Source: Chthonomonas calidirosea
Lineage (GTDB): Bacteria; Armatimonadota; Fimbriimonadia; Fimbriimonadales; Fimbriimonadaceae
NCBI GenBank assembly: GCA_945859975.1
Contig: CAMAPH010000004.1
Coordinates: forward strand, 83,212-147,211
Length of the DNA stretch: 64,000 nt
Direction of reading: 5' to 3'
Part shown: piece by piece, positions 18,621 through 28,069 of the stretch
Layout of the letters: every line of letters begins with the position of its first letter
Numbering within the stretch: position 1 is the stretch's first letter
The notes under the pieces: generated by a model
Told to the model about the DNA's origin: nothing
Databases searched by the model: none
The model's input: only the letters and a program-made list of their open reading frames with translations
Translations under genes and position numbers: made by a program

Positions 18621-20468
18621 GTGAGCCTTCACGAACCATCCGAAACCGCCGGAAGGATCCGGCAACTCGATCCTCACACCGTCAACCAAATCGCCGCCGG
18701 CGAAGTTGTCGAACGGCCAGCCTCGGTGGTCAAAGAGCTCGTGGAAAACGCGTTGGACGCGATGAGCACGCGGATCGAAGTCGAGCTCACCGACGCGGGC
18801 AGAACGCGGATCGTGGTCCGCGACAACGGCATCGGGATGTCCCGCGAAGAGGCACACCTTTCGCTCTCTCGCCATGCCACCTCGAAAATTCGCGATGCCG
18901 AAGACTTGCTCCATGTCGGCACGTTAGGCTTTCGCGGAGAGGCGCTACCGAGCATTGCGTCGGTTTCCCGTTTCACCCTCCTCACCGGGAACGTTGATGG
19001 CTTGCGGACGCGGTTGGAAATTGAGGGTGGAGAACTTCGCCCCGCCGAGGCCGAAGCAGGTTCCCGAGGCACGGAGATCGTCATCGAAGACCTCTTCTTC
19101 AATGTCCCGGCGCGGCGCAAATTTCTGAAATCGGACACCACCGAACTTGGCCAATCGCTTGACCATCTCTCTCGCTATGCATTTGCCTACCCGCACGTCG
19201 CGTTCAAGGTCACCCATAACGGCCAAGTCGCGATGGAAACTCCCGGTCGAGATGACCGGCTAGAAGCAATCGGTGCGGTCTGGAGCCGCGACGTTGCCCG
19301 CGCCCTCGTTCCGCTAGAAGCCCGCGCGGGGGATTTGCGCATTCACGGCTACATCAGCCCGCCGCACGTCACCCGGCCGACTCGCGCCTATCAGTTTCTG
19401 TTCGTCAACGGTCGCCCGGTCCGGTCCCGAAATCTCACCGTGGCCGTAGACGTTGCGCTTCGTGACATAACGCCAGAGCGCCGATATCCGTACCTCGTCC
19501 TGATGCTCGAAATCGATCCATCGAAGATCGACATCAACGTCTCCCCGACCAAGAGTGACGTCCGGTTTCAGCAAGAGAATCAGGCCTTTGATGGGATCCG
19601 GCTGGCGATCAAGAACGCCCTATTGACGCACGGCATGATGCCCTCGGCTGCCCAAATTGCAACGGTGAACGAAGCCCTGCGCGCCGCCTCCGGCCCTGCG
19701 CTGTTCGAGGCAGGACGATCCGCAAGTCGCGTTCCCGAGCCCAGTAGTAGCCTTCCCCCAAGCTGGGCAAACCTGCCGCCGGTCAACGCCGAAGGCTTCG
19801 CCGCACCAAAGCCCACGGTCGCACCTTCGACATCCGAAGAGCCGACGACCGATGCCCCGGCGCTGGAGAATCTGCCTTTTGTCTCCCTTCTCGATGGACT
19901 CCGAATCCTGGGCCAAGCGATGAACACCTTCATCATCGCGGAAACCCGGCACGGGCTTGTGGTGATCGATCAGCACGTTGCCCACGAGCGAATCCTGTAC
20001 GAGTACCTTTGCGGCGTCCGCGGATCGGTCGGAATCGAGAAGCAAGTGCTGCTCGTCCCGCAAACGCTCGAACTGGATCGCCGCGCCGCCACCCTCCTCG
20101 GCGAGCGACTCAACGAAATCACCGAGGTCGGTTTTGAACTCGAGCCGTTTGGCGGAGAAAGCTTCGTCGTTCGTGCGGTTCCGGCTGCCATCCGTGGCCG
20201 TGATCCCATCCGCATGCTTCGCGACATGGTCGACGAATTGGTCGAGTCCTCCGTCCATCGCAGACTGATGCCAACCCGAGAACAAATCTGGATCACATGC
20301 TCCTGCAAAATGGCGGTCAAGGCGGGCGACCCGCTCAGCATGGCCGAGATGGAAAAGCTCGTTACCGATTTGGCACTAACGGAGAACCCGTATCTTTGCC
20401 CCCACGGGCGCCCCATTACGGTCACCCTTTCGACGGAAAACTTGCTCAAGCTTTTCAAACGCACCTGA
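18621..20468 (+). CDS. mutL: DNA mismatch repair endonuclease MutL
   Basis: IAAGEVVERP, GFRGEAL, DQHVAHER, SCK, CPHGRP. Confidence 0.96.
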   Translation: MSLHEPSETAGRIRQLDPHTVNQIAAGEVVERPASVVKELVENALDAMSTRIEVELTDAGRTRIVVRDNGIGMSREEAHLSLSRHATSKIRDAEDLLHVGTLGFRGEALPSIASVSRFTLLTGNVDGLRTRLEIEGGELRPAEAEAGSRGTEIVIEDLFFNVPARRKFLKSDTTELGQSLDHLSRYAFAYPHVAFKVTHNGQVAMETPGRDDRLEAIGAVWSRDVARALVPLEARAGDLRIHGYISPPHVTRPTRAYQFLFVNGRPVRSRNLTVAVDVALRDITPERRYPYLVLMLEIDPSKIDINVSPTKSDVRFQQENQAFDGIRLAIKNALLTHGMMPSAAQIATVNEALRAASGPALFEAGRSASRVPEPSSSLPPSWANLPPVNAEGFAAPKPTVAPSTSEEPTTDAPALENLPFVSLLDGLRILGQAMNTFIIAETRHGLVVIDQHVAHERILYEYLCGVRGSVGIEKQVLLVPQTLELDRRAATLLGERLNEITEVGFELEPFGGESFVVRAVPAAIRGRDPIRMLRDMVDELVESSVHRRLMPTREQIWITCSCKMAVKAGDPLSMAEMEKLVTDLALTENPYLCPHGRPITVTLSTENLLKLFKRT

Positions 20469-20509
20469 AACCCGGGATTTTCCGAAAAATTGCCCAAGGA
20501 AGGACGGTT

Positions 20510-20528
20510 CTTTACAGTGCCTTAACCC
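20510..20528 (+). promoter_or_regulatory. Putative Pho-box-like direct repeat
   Basis: CTTTACAG-TGC-CTTAACCC, 11-bp period, upstream of a PhoB-like regulator. Confidence 0.4.
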
Positions 20529-20641
20529 AAATCGGGCACAACTGAGTGATACTTGGCCGGGGAGACTTTTTTCCGGCAAGACATGAGGAACCGCTTTTGG
20601 CTTTGGCTCAAGACTTGCAACCGGAGAATTTAGAGGGCAGC

Positions 20642-21316
20642 ATGATGAAGCTGTTGATCGTGGATGACGAACCCGTCATTCTGGAAACGGTCGAGGCGAA
20701 AATGCGCAAGGAAGGTTTCACGACCTTCGTTGCGGATTCCGCTGAAGAAGGAATGCGCCTCTTCCGCCGAATCAAGCCCGACCTCGTGATCCTCGACATC
20801 ATGCTGCCGCAGCGCTCTGGCTTCGACTTCTGCCGAGCGATTCGAAAGGACAGCAACACCCCAATCATTTTTGTCTCGGCCCGCGCTGATGAAGCGGATC
20901 GTGTGAAGGGTCTCGAGCTCGGCGCCGACGACTACGTCGTCAAACCGTTCAACCTCGGTGAGCTTGCCGCGCGAGTCAAAGCGATTCTGCGACGCTCGAC
21001 CGGAGAACCCGTTCGCGAGGTCATCGAGTCTGGCAACTTACGCGTCGATCCCCGAAGCCATGAGGCTTGGATTGATGACCGACCTTTGAACCTTTCGCCA
21101 AAGGAGTTCGCACTGATGTACTTCCTCGGCCGAAACGTGGGCCAAGTCTTCTCCCGCGAAACCTTGCTGGACCGAGTGTGGGGCCGAGAGGCATTCATTT
21201 CTGGCCGGACCGTGGATGTTCACATGCGGTGGCTGCGAATCCGAATTGAGCCAGATCCAACCAACCCAACGCGGCTTCTCACCATCCGGGGCGTAGGCTA
21301 TAAGTTCACGGGCTAG
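20642..21316 (+). CDS. OmpR/PhoB family response regulator (PhoB/SphR-like), no adjacent kinase
   Basis: Receiver (VDDE, LDIMLP, KPF) plus winged helix RTVDVHMRWLR...TIRGVGY. Confidence 0.9.
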   Translation: MMKLLIVDDEPVILETVEAKMRKEGFTTFVADSAEEGMRLFRRIKPDLVILDIMLPQRSGFDFCRAIRKDSNTPIIFVSARADEADRVKGLELGADDYVVKPFNLGELAARVKAILRRSTGEPVREVIESGNLRVDPRSHEAWIDDRPLNLSPKEFALMYFLGRNVGQVFSRETLLDRVWGREAFISGRTVDVHMRWLRIRIEPDPTNPTRLLTIRGVGYKFTG

Positions 21317-21339
21317 AGAAAATCAGCGATCATGAGCGC

Positions 21340-22260
21340 ATGAGTCAAATGCGCGAAGCGGTTTTACTCGTCAACGGTAAATCCCGCCGAGGACGAGACC
21401 TGTATGACGCCGCGCACCTGCGACTCGTGGATGCCGGGTTCCATTTTCATAAAGCCGGAGCATTCCGGCAAATGGATCAGCTTCTCGGACTTGTCGATGA
21501 TGCGATTCGCTCCGAGATTCCTCTCATCGTTGTCGGCGGCGGAGATGGCACGCTGTCGTCCGTCGCGCAAAAGCTGATTGGCACGAAGACCACTCTCGGA
21601 GTTTTGCCTCTTGGAACTGGAAACGCCTTTGCCCGCGATCTCGGAATTTCTCCCGACCTCAACCTTGCCCTCCCCGTCATCATGTCGGGCGAAACCAGGA
21701 TGGTTGACCTTGGCGAAGCGAACGGCTCGGTGTTTGTCAATATCGCTTCGGTTGGCCTAACAACAGAAATTGCCAAGTCTCTGGACCCGACTTTGAAGCG
21801 CACCCTCGGCAAGGCAGCCTATATTGCCGCCGTTTGGAGGGCACTAGCCCGCGTGAAGCCCTTTTGGGTCATCTTGTCCACCGAGAATGGCCTGGCCAAA
21901 TTCGAGACCCTTCAAGTGGTCATCGGTTGCGGACGCTTCCATGCCGGGCCGTTTCAGCTCTCGGAAGCCGCAAGTATCGATTCCGGCAAGTTATCGCTCT
22001 ATGCGCTCCAGACCGCCCGAAAATCTGCACTGCTGAAACTCGCGCTTAACTTGACCTTTGGCCACCACGGGCGCCTGGAGGAGGTTCACACCGAGGAAAC
22101 GGCAGGGGGAACGCTCAGGACCGATCCAAAGCGAAAAGTGACCGTGGACGGCGAAATCTCGCAACGGACCCCGCTCGAGTTCAAGATTCTTCCCGCAGCA
22201 CTGCGGGTTCTGGTCCCGCATTCTGCCGATATCTCGCCAATGAGCGAACAATCGGTGTGA
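21340..22260 (+). CDS. YegS/DAGK family lipid kinase
   Basis: GGGDGT, PLGTGNAFAR, VDGE. Confidence 0.88.
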   Translation: MSQMREAVLLVNGKSRRGRDLYDAAHLRLVDAGFHFHKAGAFRQMDQLLGLVDDAIRSEIPLIVVGGGDGTLSSVAQKLIGTKTTLGVLPLGTGNAFARDLGISPDLNLALPVIMSGETRMVDLGEANGSVFVNIASVGLTTEIAKSLDPTLKRTLGKAAYIAAVWRALARVKPFWVILSTENGLAKFETLQVVIGCGRFHAGPFQLSEAASIDSGKLSLYALQTARKSALLKLALNLTFGHHGRLEEVHTEETAGGTLRTDPKRKVTVDGEISQRTPLEFKILPAALRVLVPHSADISPMSEQSV

Positions 22261-22328
22261 TTCAATAGACCTTGTGCCTACGATTAGGTAAACACTTCTC
22301 GCATACTTCACTCAAACTTGGCGGCAAC

Positions 22329-22922
22329 TTGAGCATCGCAGCAGATTGGTATTACATTGGACACTACGGACAACTCGGTCCGTTAACGCTCGACCAGATG
22401 GAAGAACTGGTTGCGGGCGGCGTTATCGACCGTGATACGTACGTTTGGAAGCAGGGACTTCCCGACTGGATGCCCGCGGGAAAGACTCCAGAAATCAGCA
22501 CGATGTTCATGGATGTGAAGACGAACGTCGCCCCGCCTCCCCCACCGTCACCTGGCGCAAGAACGGCTGGCCCAACCGATCCTTACGGCGCTGTCGCCGG
22601 AATGGGACAACAAACCAGACCCGCCGCGCCGAACTTCGGGATTAGCGATCCATTCGGTGCGCCGGCCGATCTGACGATGTCAATGACCTCGATGTCGCCA
22701 TACGGTAGCCAGCGCAGCGACCGTAGCCGTATCCTCGCTGGAATTCTGCAGTTGATCATCCCCGGCGTCGGACGGATCTACCTCGGCTTTAGCGCCATCG
22801 GCGTACTGCAGCTGGTCCTCTCTCTGTGCGGCGTTGGCTTCATTTGGTCCTTCATCGACGGAATTTTGATCCTGGTTGGCAACGTTCGGATGGATGGTTA
22901 CGGTCGGCAACTCGGCGACTAG
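22329..22922 (+). CDS. GYF_2 (DUF4339) plus TM2 domain protein
   Basis: WYY...QLGP...VWKQGLPDW, Pro-rich linker, GVGRIYLG...IDGI...DGYG. Start uncertain. Confidence 0.8.
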   Translation: MSIAADWYYIGHYGQLGPLTLDQMEELVAGGVIDRDTYVWKQGLPDWMPAGKTPEISTMFMDVKTNVAPPPPPSPGARTAGPTDPYGAVAGMGQQTRPAAPNFGISDPFGAPADLTMSMTSMSPYGSQRSDRSRILAGILQLIIPGVGRIYLGFSAIGVLQLVLSLCGVGFIWSFIDGILILVGNVRMDGYGRQLGD

Positions 22923-22987
22923 TTACGCTTGGTCCTAATCCATTGTTCCGTTTTGGGTTTCCTGTCGTCTGAATAATTGCGAATTTC

Positions 22988-23551
22988 ATGAACCCACGAA
23001 CTTTTCGGTGTCTAGCCCTTGTCGCGCTCCAAATCGGGGTCGCGTCCGCGTTTGCGCAAGGGTACGCCCCCCAGCCGGGTGAAACGGTTGTGCGCTTCGA
23101 TGTTGAGAACCGCGGAAGTATCTTTGTCCGCTTCTTCACCAACGAGGCACCTAAGGCAACCGCCCAGGTTCTTCGCCTTTCGCGCCAAGGTTTCTACAAC
23201 GGCTTGCAGTTTTTCCGAGTCGAGCGAACTCCTCGCCCTTACCTAGCCTTCTTTGGCGATCCGCAGACGAAGTCGCTCAGTCTCGATTCGCCACAAGTTG
23301 GGACCGGTGGTTCTGGAACCAAAGTTCCTCTCGAAACCACCCCGTACGAGCACGAGGAAGGCTCCGTTGGCCTCGCACGCCCATCCGATAACCCGAACGG
23401 AGGCGATAGCCAAATCTACTTCTCCCTGGGTCGCTCGAAGTTTCTGGATGGCAAATACACGATCTTCGGCAAGGTCGTTTCGGGCATCGAGGTCCTTCGA
23501 AAGCTAGAGAAAGGCGATCGGGTCACTTCGGTGCGAATCGTGAGCGAATAA
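22988..23551 (+). CDS. Cyclophilin-type peptidyl-prolyl isomerase, exported
   Basis: GFYNGLQFFRV, GDP, DSQIY, LDGKYTIFGKV; signal peptide. Confidence 0.88.
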   Translation: MNPRTFRCLALVALQIGVASAFAQGYAPQPGETVVRFDVENRGSIFVRFFTNEAPKATAQVLRLSRQGFYNGLQFFRVERTPRPYLAFFGDPQTKSLSLDSPQVGTGGSGTKVPLETTPYEHEEGSVGLARPSDNPNGGDSQIYFSLGRSKFLDGKYTIFGKVVSGIEVLRKLEKGDRVTSVRIVSE

Positions 23552-23604
23552 ATTTGAAGTCCGCTCGGCAAACGAGCCGCCTTGCGTGTTAAACTCGCAG
23601 ACCC

Positions 23605-24555
23605 GTGCAGCTTGCCCGCGCGCTCTCAACCCGTTTCTTACTGGGATTATTGAGCCTGCTATTCATCTCCTTCGTCACGTTTCTGGCCGATGAAATTCAG
23701 CCCGGAGACGCGGCAACCGTATTGGCCGGAGAAAAAGCGAGCGCAGAGACGATCGAGCGATTGCGGGAAAATCTTGGCCTCAACCGACCGTGGCCGATTC
23801 GGTACGTTGAGTTCGTCAGCAAAGCGGTTCGCGGTGACTTTGGAACCAGCTATTACGGGGTGAAAGAGCCCGTTGGTCAGCTCGTCGGCCGGAACGTCAC
23901 GATGACGATCACCATCGCCAGTTGCGCGATTCTGCTCGCCTCAGCCATCGGCATTTTCCTAGGCACGCTGGCCGCCGTTTGGCAGAACAAACCTCCAGAC
24001 CAAGGCATTTTGTTTGTCAGCACGTTTGGCGTCACGTTGCCAAACTTCGTTCTTGCGCCAATCCTTGCGTATTTCTTCGCGTTGCAATGGGATGTGTTGC
24101 CGCTCACCTGGAGCGTGGACCGCGTCGCGCCGGATTACTACTATCTGATCCTTCCGGTCATCGTTCTTGCCATGCGCCCAACTGCGTTGCTGACTCGACT
24201 CACTCGCGCCAGCATGGTCGAAACACTACGACAGGAGTTCATCCGGACTGCGATCGCAAAGGGTGTTCCGCCCTTTCGCATGTATGTGAAGCACGCGCTT
24301 CGGAATGCCATCCTGCCCGTAATCACCGCAATCGGTACGTCATTTGGCTTCCTACTCACCGGATCGTTCGTTGTCGAAACCTACTTCCTTCTGCCTGGCC
24401 TTGGCAGCACGACAATCGATGCCATCCGAAAAGGCGACATTCCCGTGGTGCAAGCCTGCGTCATGCTGACCGGCGCCATCTTCATCGTTTTGAATCTCTT
24501 CGTTGACCTCATCTTGCCCATCCTCGATCCACGAATTCGGGAGAGTCAAGTTTGA
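23605..24555 (+). CDS. Peptide/nickel ABC transporter permease (DppB/OppB family)
   Basis: PGDAA, GDFGTS, TAIAKG, HALRNA. Confidence 0.9.
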   Translation: MQLARALSTRFLLGLLSLLFISFVTFLADEIQPGDAATVLAGEKASAETIERLRENLGLNRPWPIRYVEFVSKAVRGDFGTSYYGVKEPVGQLVGRNVTMTITIASCAILLASAIGIFLGTLAAVWQNKPPDQGILFVSTFGVTLPNFVLAPILAYFFALQWDVLPLTWSVDRVAPDYYYLILPVIVLAMRPTALLTRLTRASMVETLRQEFIRTAIAKGVPPFRMYVKHALRNAILPVITAIGTSFGFLLTGSFVVETYFLLPGLGSTTIDAIRKGDIPVVQACVMLTGAIFIVLNLFVDLILPILDPRIRESQV

Positions 24556-25442
24556 TGAAGCTCAAGAGCAAAAACCCGCGGAAGAAGCGACTTGGCCTCA
24601 TCTTCGGCGCGGCTTACTTGGTGCTGTTGTTGCTCTTTGCGATCTTCGGCCCGATGATCCGAAACGCGCAACTCAGCGATGTTGCCAAGGGTGTTGACCC
24701 CGACATCCGGGTTTATAACGCGGTCCTTGATCCGGTGAGTTCAAGCCCATTCGCTCCGGCCGGAGGGGCCGCCATTCTTGGCACCGATGAGCTTCGGCGA
24801 GACATCGTGGCTCGACTCGCGGAGGGTGCCCGAGTGTCGCTCACCGTCGGGCTCTCGGTTCAGCTGATTGCTCTTCTCGTCGGAATCACCGTCGGGGTGC
24901 TCGGCGTGCTCGCGCCGAAGTGGATTCGGAATCCGCTGATGCGGTTCACCGATGGCATGTTCGCTTTCCCAGACATCTTGCTCGCGATCCTTATCGTTAG
25001 CGTGGCCGGGCTTGGCATGGGACCCGTGATTTTCGCCCTCTCCGTGACCGCCTGGCCCAGCATTGCGCGTCTTGTCGCGTCGCAGGTGGCAACCCTGAAA
25101 GACCGCGAGTACGTAGTCGCCGCGAAGGCAGCAGGCGCCAGCAATTTTTATCTCGTCACGCGGCACATCTTGCCGCAAATCACGGGGATTCTCTTGGCGT
25201 ATTCGATGATCGACCTCGCCGGCACCATCCTCGCCGAAAGCACCCTCAGCTTCTTGGGAATCGGTGTTCAAGAGCCGCAGCCCAGCTGGGGCGGCATGAT
25301 CAATGGCGCGCGCCTCAACATGAACAGCTACCCAGTTCTACTGATCTGGCCCTGCGCGATGTTGAGCATGACGATCTTTGCGCTCAACTTCGTGGGCGAC
25401 GGTCTCCGGGCCCTTGCGGACCCGAGAGATCGATCAGCCTAA
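24552..25442 (+). CDS. Peptide/nickel ABC transporter permease (DppC/OppC family)
   Basis: LGTDELRRD, EYVVAAKAAG, LSFLGIG, PSWG, GDGLR. Confidence 0.9.
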   Translation: MMKLKSKNPRKKRLGLIFGAAYLVLLLLFAIFGPMIRNAQLSDVAKGVDPDIRVYNAVLDPVSSSPFAPAGGAAILGTDELRRDIVARLAEGARVSLTVGLSVQLIALLVGITVGVLGVLAPKWIRNPLMRFTDGMFAFPDILLAILIVSVAGLGMGPVIFALSVTAWPSIARLVASQVATLKDREYVVAAKAAGASNFYLVTRHILPQITGILLAYSMIDLAGTILAESTLSFLGIGVQEPQPSWGGMINGARLNMNSYPVLLIWPCAMLSMTIFALNFVGDGLRALADPRDRSA

Positions 25443-25446
25443 TCGG

Positions 25447-26700
25447 TCAGTTCCGCGCTTGCTTTAGAACCGTCTCAATCGCCTTCTGAAGCTGGTTGTC
25501 GCTCTTTGGGTTACCGAACTCGGGGTCCTTGTCCAGATCGAGTTCCACGGCGACGCTAGGCTTCAATCCGCCATCAATGTAGATGCCATCCTGATCGACC
25601 TTGCGGCCGATGTCATCTCCGCTTGGCAAGTAGTACTTCGCGATCGTGACCTTCGCGCTGCTCTTGTCCACGAGAGGGAACACGTTCTGGACGCTGGATT
25701 TCCCGTAAGAGTGGGTGCCAACCAACGTTGCCTTGTTGTAGTCCCGCAACACGCCGGCGAAGATTTCGGCCGCGCTTGCCGAGTTCTCGTCCATCAAGAC
25801 AACCACCGGATAGCCGAATGGCCGAACCTCATTGGATGCAGATCGAACGGTTTCATTGAATCCGTTTCGTCCCACCATCTTCACGACGACCTTGTCCGCC
25901 ACAAATCGGCTCAACATGTCGGCCGCGACGTCCAATAGTCCGCCCGGATTGCTGCGCATGTCGATAACAAGGCCCTTTGGCGACTTGCGATCTACCTTAT
26001 CAAGCTCTCGGTCAAACTGCATCGTCGTCGGCTCGGCAAACTGCGAAACCGCAATGTAGCCGACCTTCGAATCTTCAAAGAACTTGCTCTCGACCGTCGG
26101 CGCGACGATTCGGGCTCGCTTAATCTTCATCGTCACGGGCTGCTGTTTGCCCTTCTTCGCAACGGTGAGGGTGACGAAGGTGCCTTCTTTGCCCTTGATC
26201 AGCAGGACAACGGCGTCGGTCGGCATCCCGCCAACTTTCTTGCCGTCAACCGCAATGATCACATCGTTAATGCGCAGGCCCGCCGCGTACGCCGGACCAT
26301 CTTCGAAAACTGCCGCCGCTCGGACGCCCATCGCGTCATCGGACAATCGAGCACCAACGCCGAAGAAGTTGCCCGTTGTTTCTTCGCTGAAAAGCTGAGC
26401 TGCCCGAGGCGGAAAGTACAACGTGTGAGGATCGCCGAGGGAGCTCAGTAGTCCTTGCATTCCCGCAAACCGGAGATCGTCAGGCTTCACTTGTCGTGAA
26501 TACTTGAACCGAATCTGGTTATAAGCCTGCTGGAAAACCTGTTCTGGGCTTGCCGCTTTCGCGTTCTTGACACCGAGGAGCGAGTTAACCGCTCGAGAAT
26601 CCACGCCCGAGCCTGATTGAAGATCGCGCCATGCGAACCCCAACGATCCCGCACTCAGCGCGGCAACGGCGAATGCAACGTACTTGATTCCGGTTTTCAT
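25447..26700 (-). CDS. ctpA: Carboxy-terminal processing protease (S41A, CtpA-like), intact
   Basis: LGDPHT, PDZ (FFGVG), DMRSNPGG, SASAAE (Ser), YGKSSVQ (Lys). Confidence 0.92.
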   Translation of the reverse strand: MKTGIKYVAFAVAALSAGSLGFAWRDLQSGSGVDSRAVNSLLGVKNAKAASPEQVFQQAYNQIRFKYSRQVKPDDLRFAGMQGLLSSLGDPHTLYFPPRAAQLFSEETTGNFFGVGARLSDDAMGVRAAAVFEDGPAYAAGLRINDVIIAVDGKKVGGMPTDAVVLLIKGKEGTFVTLTVAKKGKQQPVTMKIKRARIVAPTVESKFFEDSKVGYIAVSQFAEPTTMQFDRELDKVDRKSPKGLVIDMRSNPGGLLDVAADMLSRFVADKVVVKMVGRNGFNETVRSASNEVRPFGYPVVVLMDENSASAAEIFAGVLRDYNKATLVGTHSYGKSSVQNVFPLVDKSSAKVTIAKYYLPSGDDIGRKVDQDGIYIDGGLKPSVAVELDLDKDPEFGNPKSDNQLQKAIETVLKQARN

Positions 26701-28028
26701 CTCACTTCCTCCGTCTTATCCGCCATGACAACTTTCGTGCTGGTCACGTTGACTTGGTATTCGCCGATCGGCAAAACGTAGCCCGAGCCATCTGGAAGCG
26801 GGACGATGTCGACCAGCGTCCGATCTCCTCCGGTGAGGCTCCCAACAAGGGTCGCCTTACCCTTCGATTGAAGCGCCAGCGCGAACATTTCCGCTACTCC
26901 ACGGGTGCTCGAATCCACGAGCAATTCGTACTTCGGTGCGGCAGGGTTTCCTTTCGCTACCACCAAGTTCGTTGGCTCGCTGCCGCGGGCGGTAACGAAT
27001 TGTCCATAGGTTCCTTTCGGTGCGACTTTTTCAAGGACGGCTTTCAGCGATTCAAAATCACCGTGGGTGTTGTTTCGAAGATCGATACGAACCTTAGTTT
27101 TGCCTTGAAGTTCCTTCGCGATCCAAGCATCCGCGCCTTTCTGGAAGGCCAACCTCAGATCACCATTAGGAAGAACCGTCATCGGGCTCATCGCGGTTAC
27201 TGACTTCGTGAGATCGGTGGTGCGCTTCTCGGTCCCACGCTCCCAGACCACCTTCACCTTTCCGCTCGTTCCCGTAACCAGCCGCTCCATCGCGCGCATC
27301 GGCAACAGTGCTCGTTCGGTGCGCTCGCGCACTTCTTTCCGGACGAGATTCAGCTGGCTGTAGGTGATTTTCTTGGCTTTGAAGTCATCTTGGGCCTTCT
27401 GGAATTTGATCAGCAGGTCGGTGTTCACAACCCAATGGCTGTCGATTTCGTAGGCGACGTCGCCAATCTTGACCCCAGCTTTGGCTGCCGGACTACCGGG
27501 GATGACGTTCGAGACCATGAGTCGAGGCACTCGGACGCGGGAGACGAGCGCCTCCTCTGCCGTGCCTTCTGGAAGAGCGCCTTCAGAATCGGATGCCTTC
27601 GCGGCTTGCTTGTTTGCTGCGCCACGCATCACCATCACCACCTCGACGCCGATGCCTTCGTACTTTCCGGCTCGGGCGTTCTGGAAGCTGGCGAACTGCT
27701 TCTTGTCGAGGAACATCGCCTTCGGGTCGTTAAGGCTGCCGATCATGCTTCGAATCGCGCCTGAGGCAAGTTTCTGATCGTCCGGAATGGGTTCGACGTA
27801 CTCGCGCTTCAGGAGGCGCATGAGTTGGTAGAAATAGTCCCCAGCGGTGTAGCTTGCGCCGTTCGCATCGGTGGATGCGACCAAGCCAACGCCCGAGAAA
27901 TTCGGCATTTCGGCTTCAGCCCGTCGGCCCAGATCCACCCAATCTCGCAAGGCGGCCCCACCAACTGCGGTAAACGCAATAAGCGCCGTCCCTCCAAGCA
28001 CAACGACCGTTCGATTCATTCCTTTCAT
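26697..28028 (-). CDS. CtpA-like PDZ/S41 protein with degenerate active site
   Basis: LNDP, YEGIGV (PDZ), IDLRNN; SASAAE is replaced by TRGVAE and GK by GD. Confidence 0.8.
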   Translation of the reverse strand: MKGMNRTVVVLGGTALIAFTAVGGAALRDWVDLGRRAEAEMPNFSGVGLVASTDANGASYTAGDYFYQLMRLLKREYVEPIPDDQKLASGAIRSMIGSLNDPKAMFLDKKQFASFQNARAGKYEGIGVEVVMVMRGAANKQAAKASDSEGALPEGTAEEALVSRVRVPRLMVSNVIPGSPAAKAGVKIGDVAYEIDSHWVVNTDLLIKFQKAQDDFKAKKITYSQLNLVRKEVRERTERALLPMRAMERLVTGTSGKVKVVWERGTEKRTTDLTKSVTAMSPMTVLPNGDLRLAFQKGADAWIAKELQGKTKVRIDLRNNTHGDFESLKAVLEKVAPKGTYGQFVTARGSEPTNLVVAKGNPAAPKYELLVDSSTRGVAEMFALALQSKGKATLVGSLTGGDRTLVDIVPLPDGSGYVLPIGEYQVNVTSTKVVMADKTEEVR

Positions 28029-28069
28029 GATATGCGACTTTCCGTGTCCGTAAGCCTATTACGCGTACT

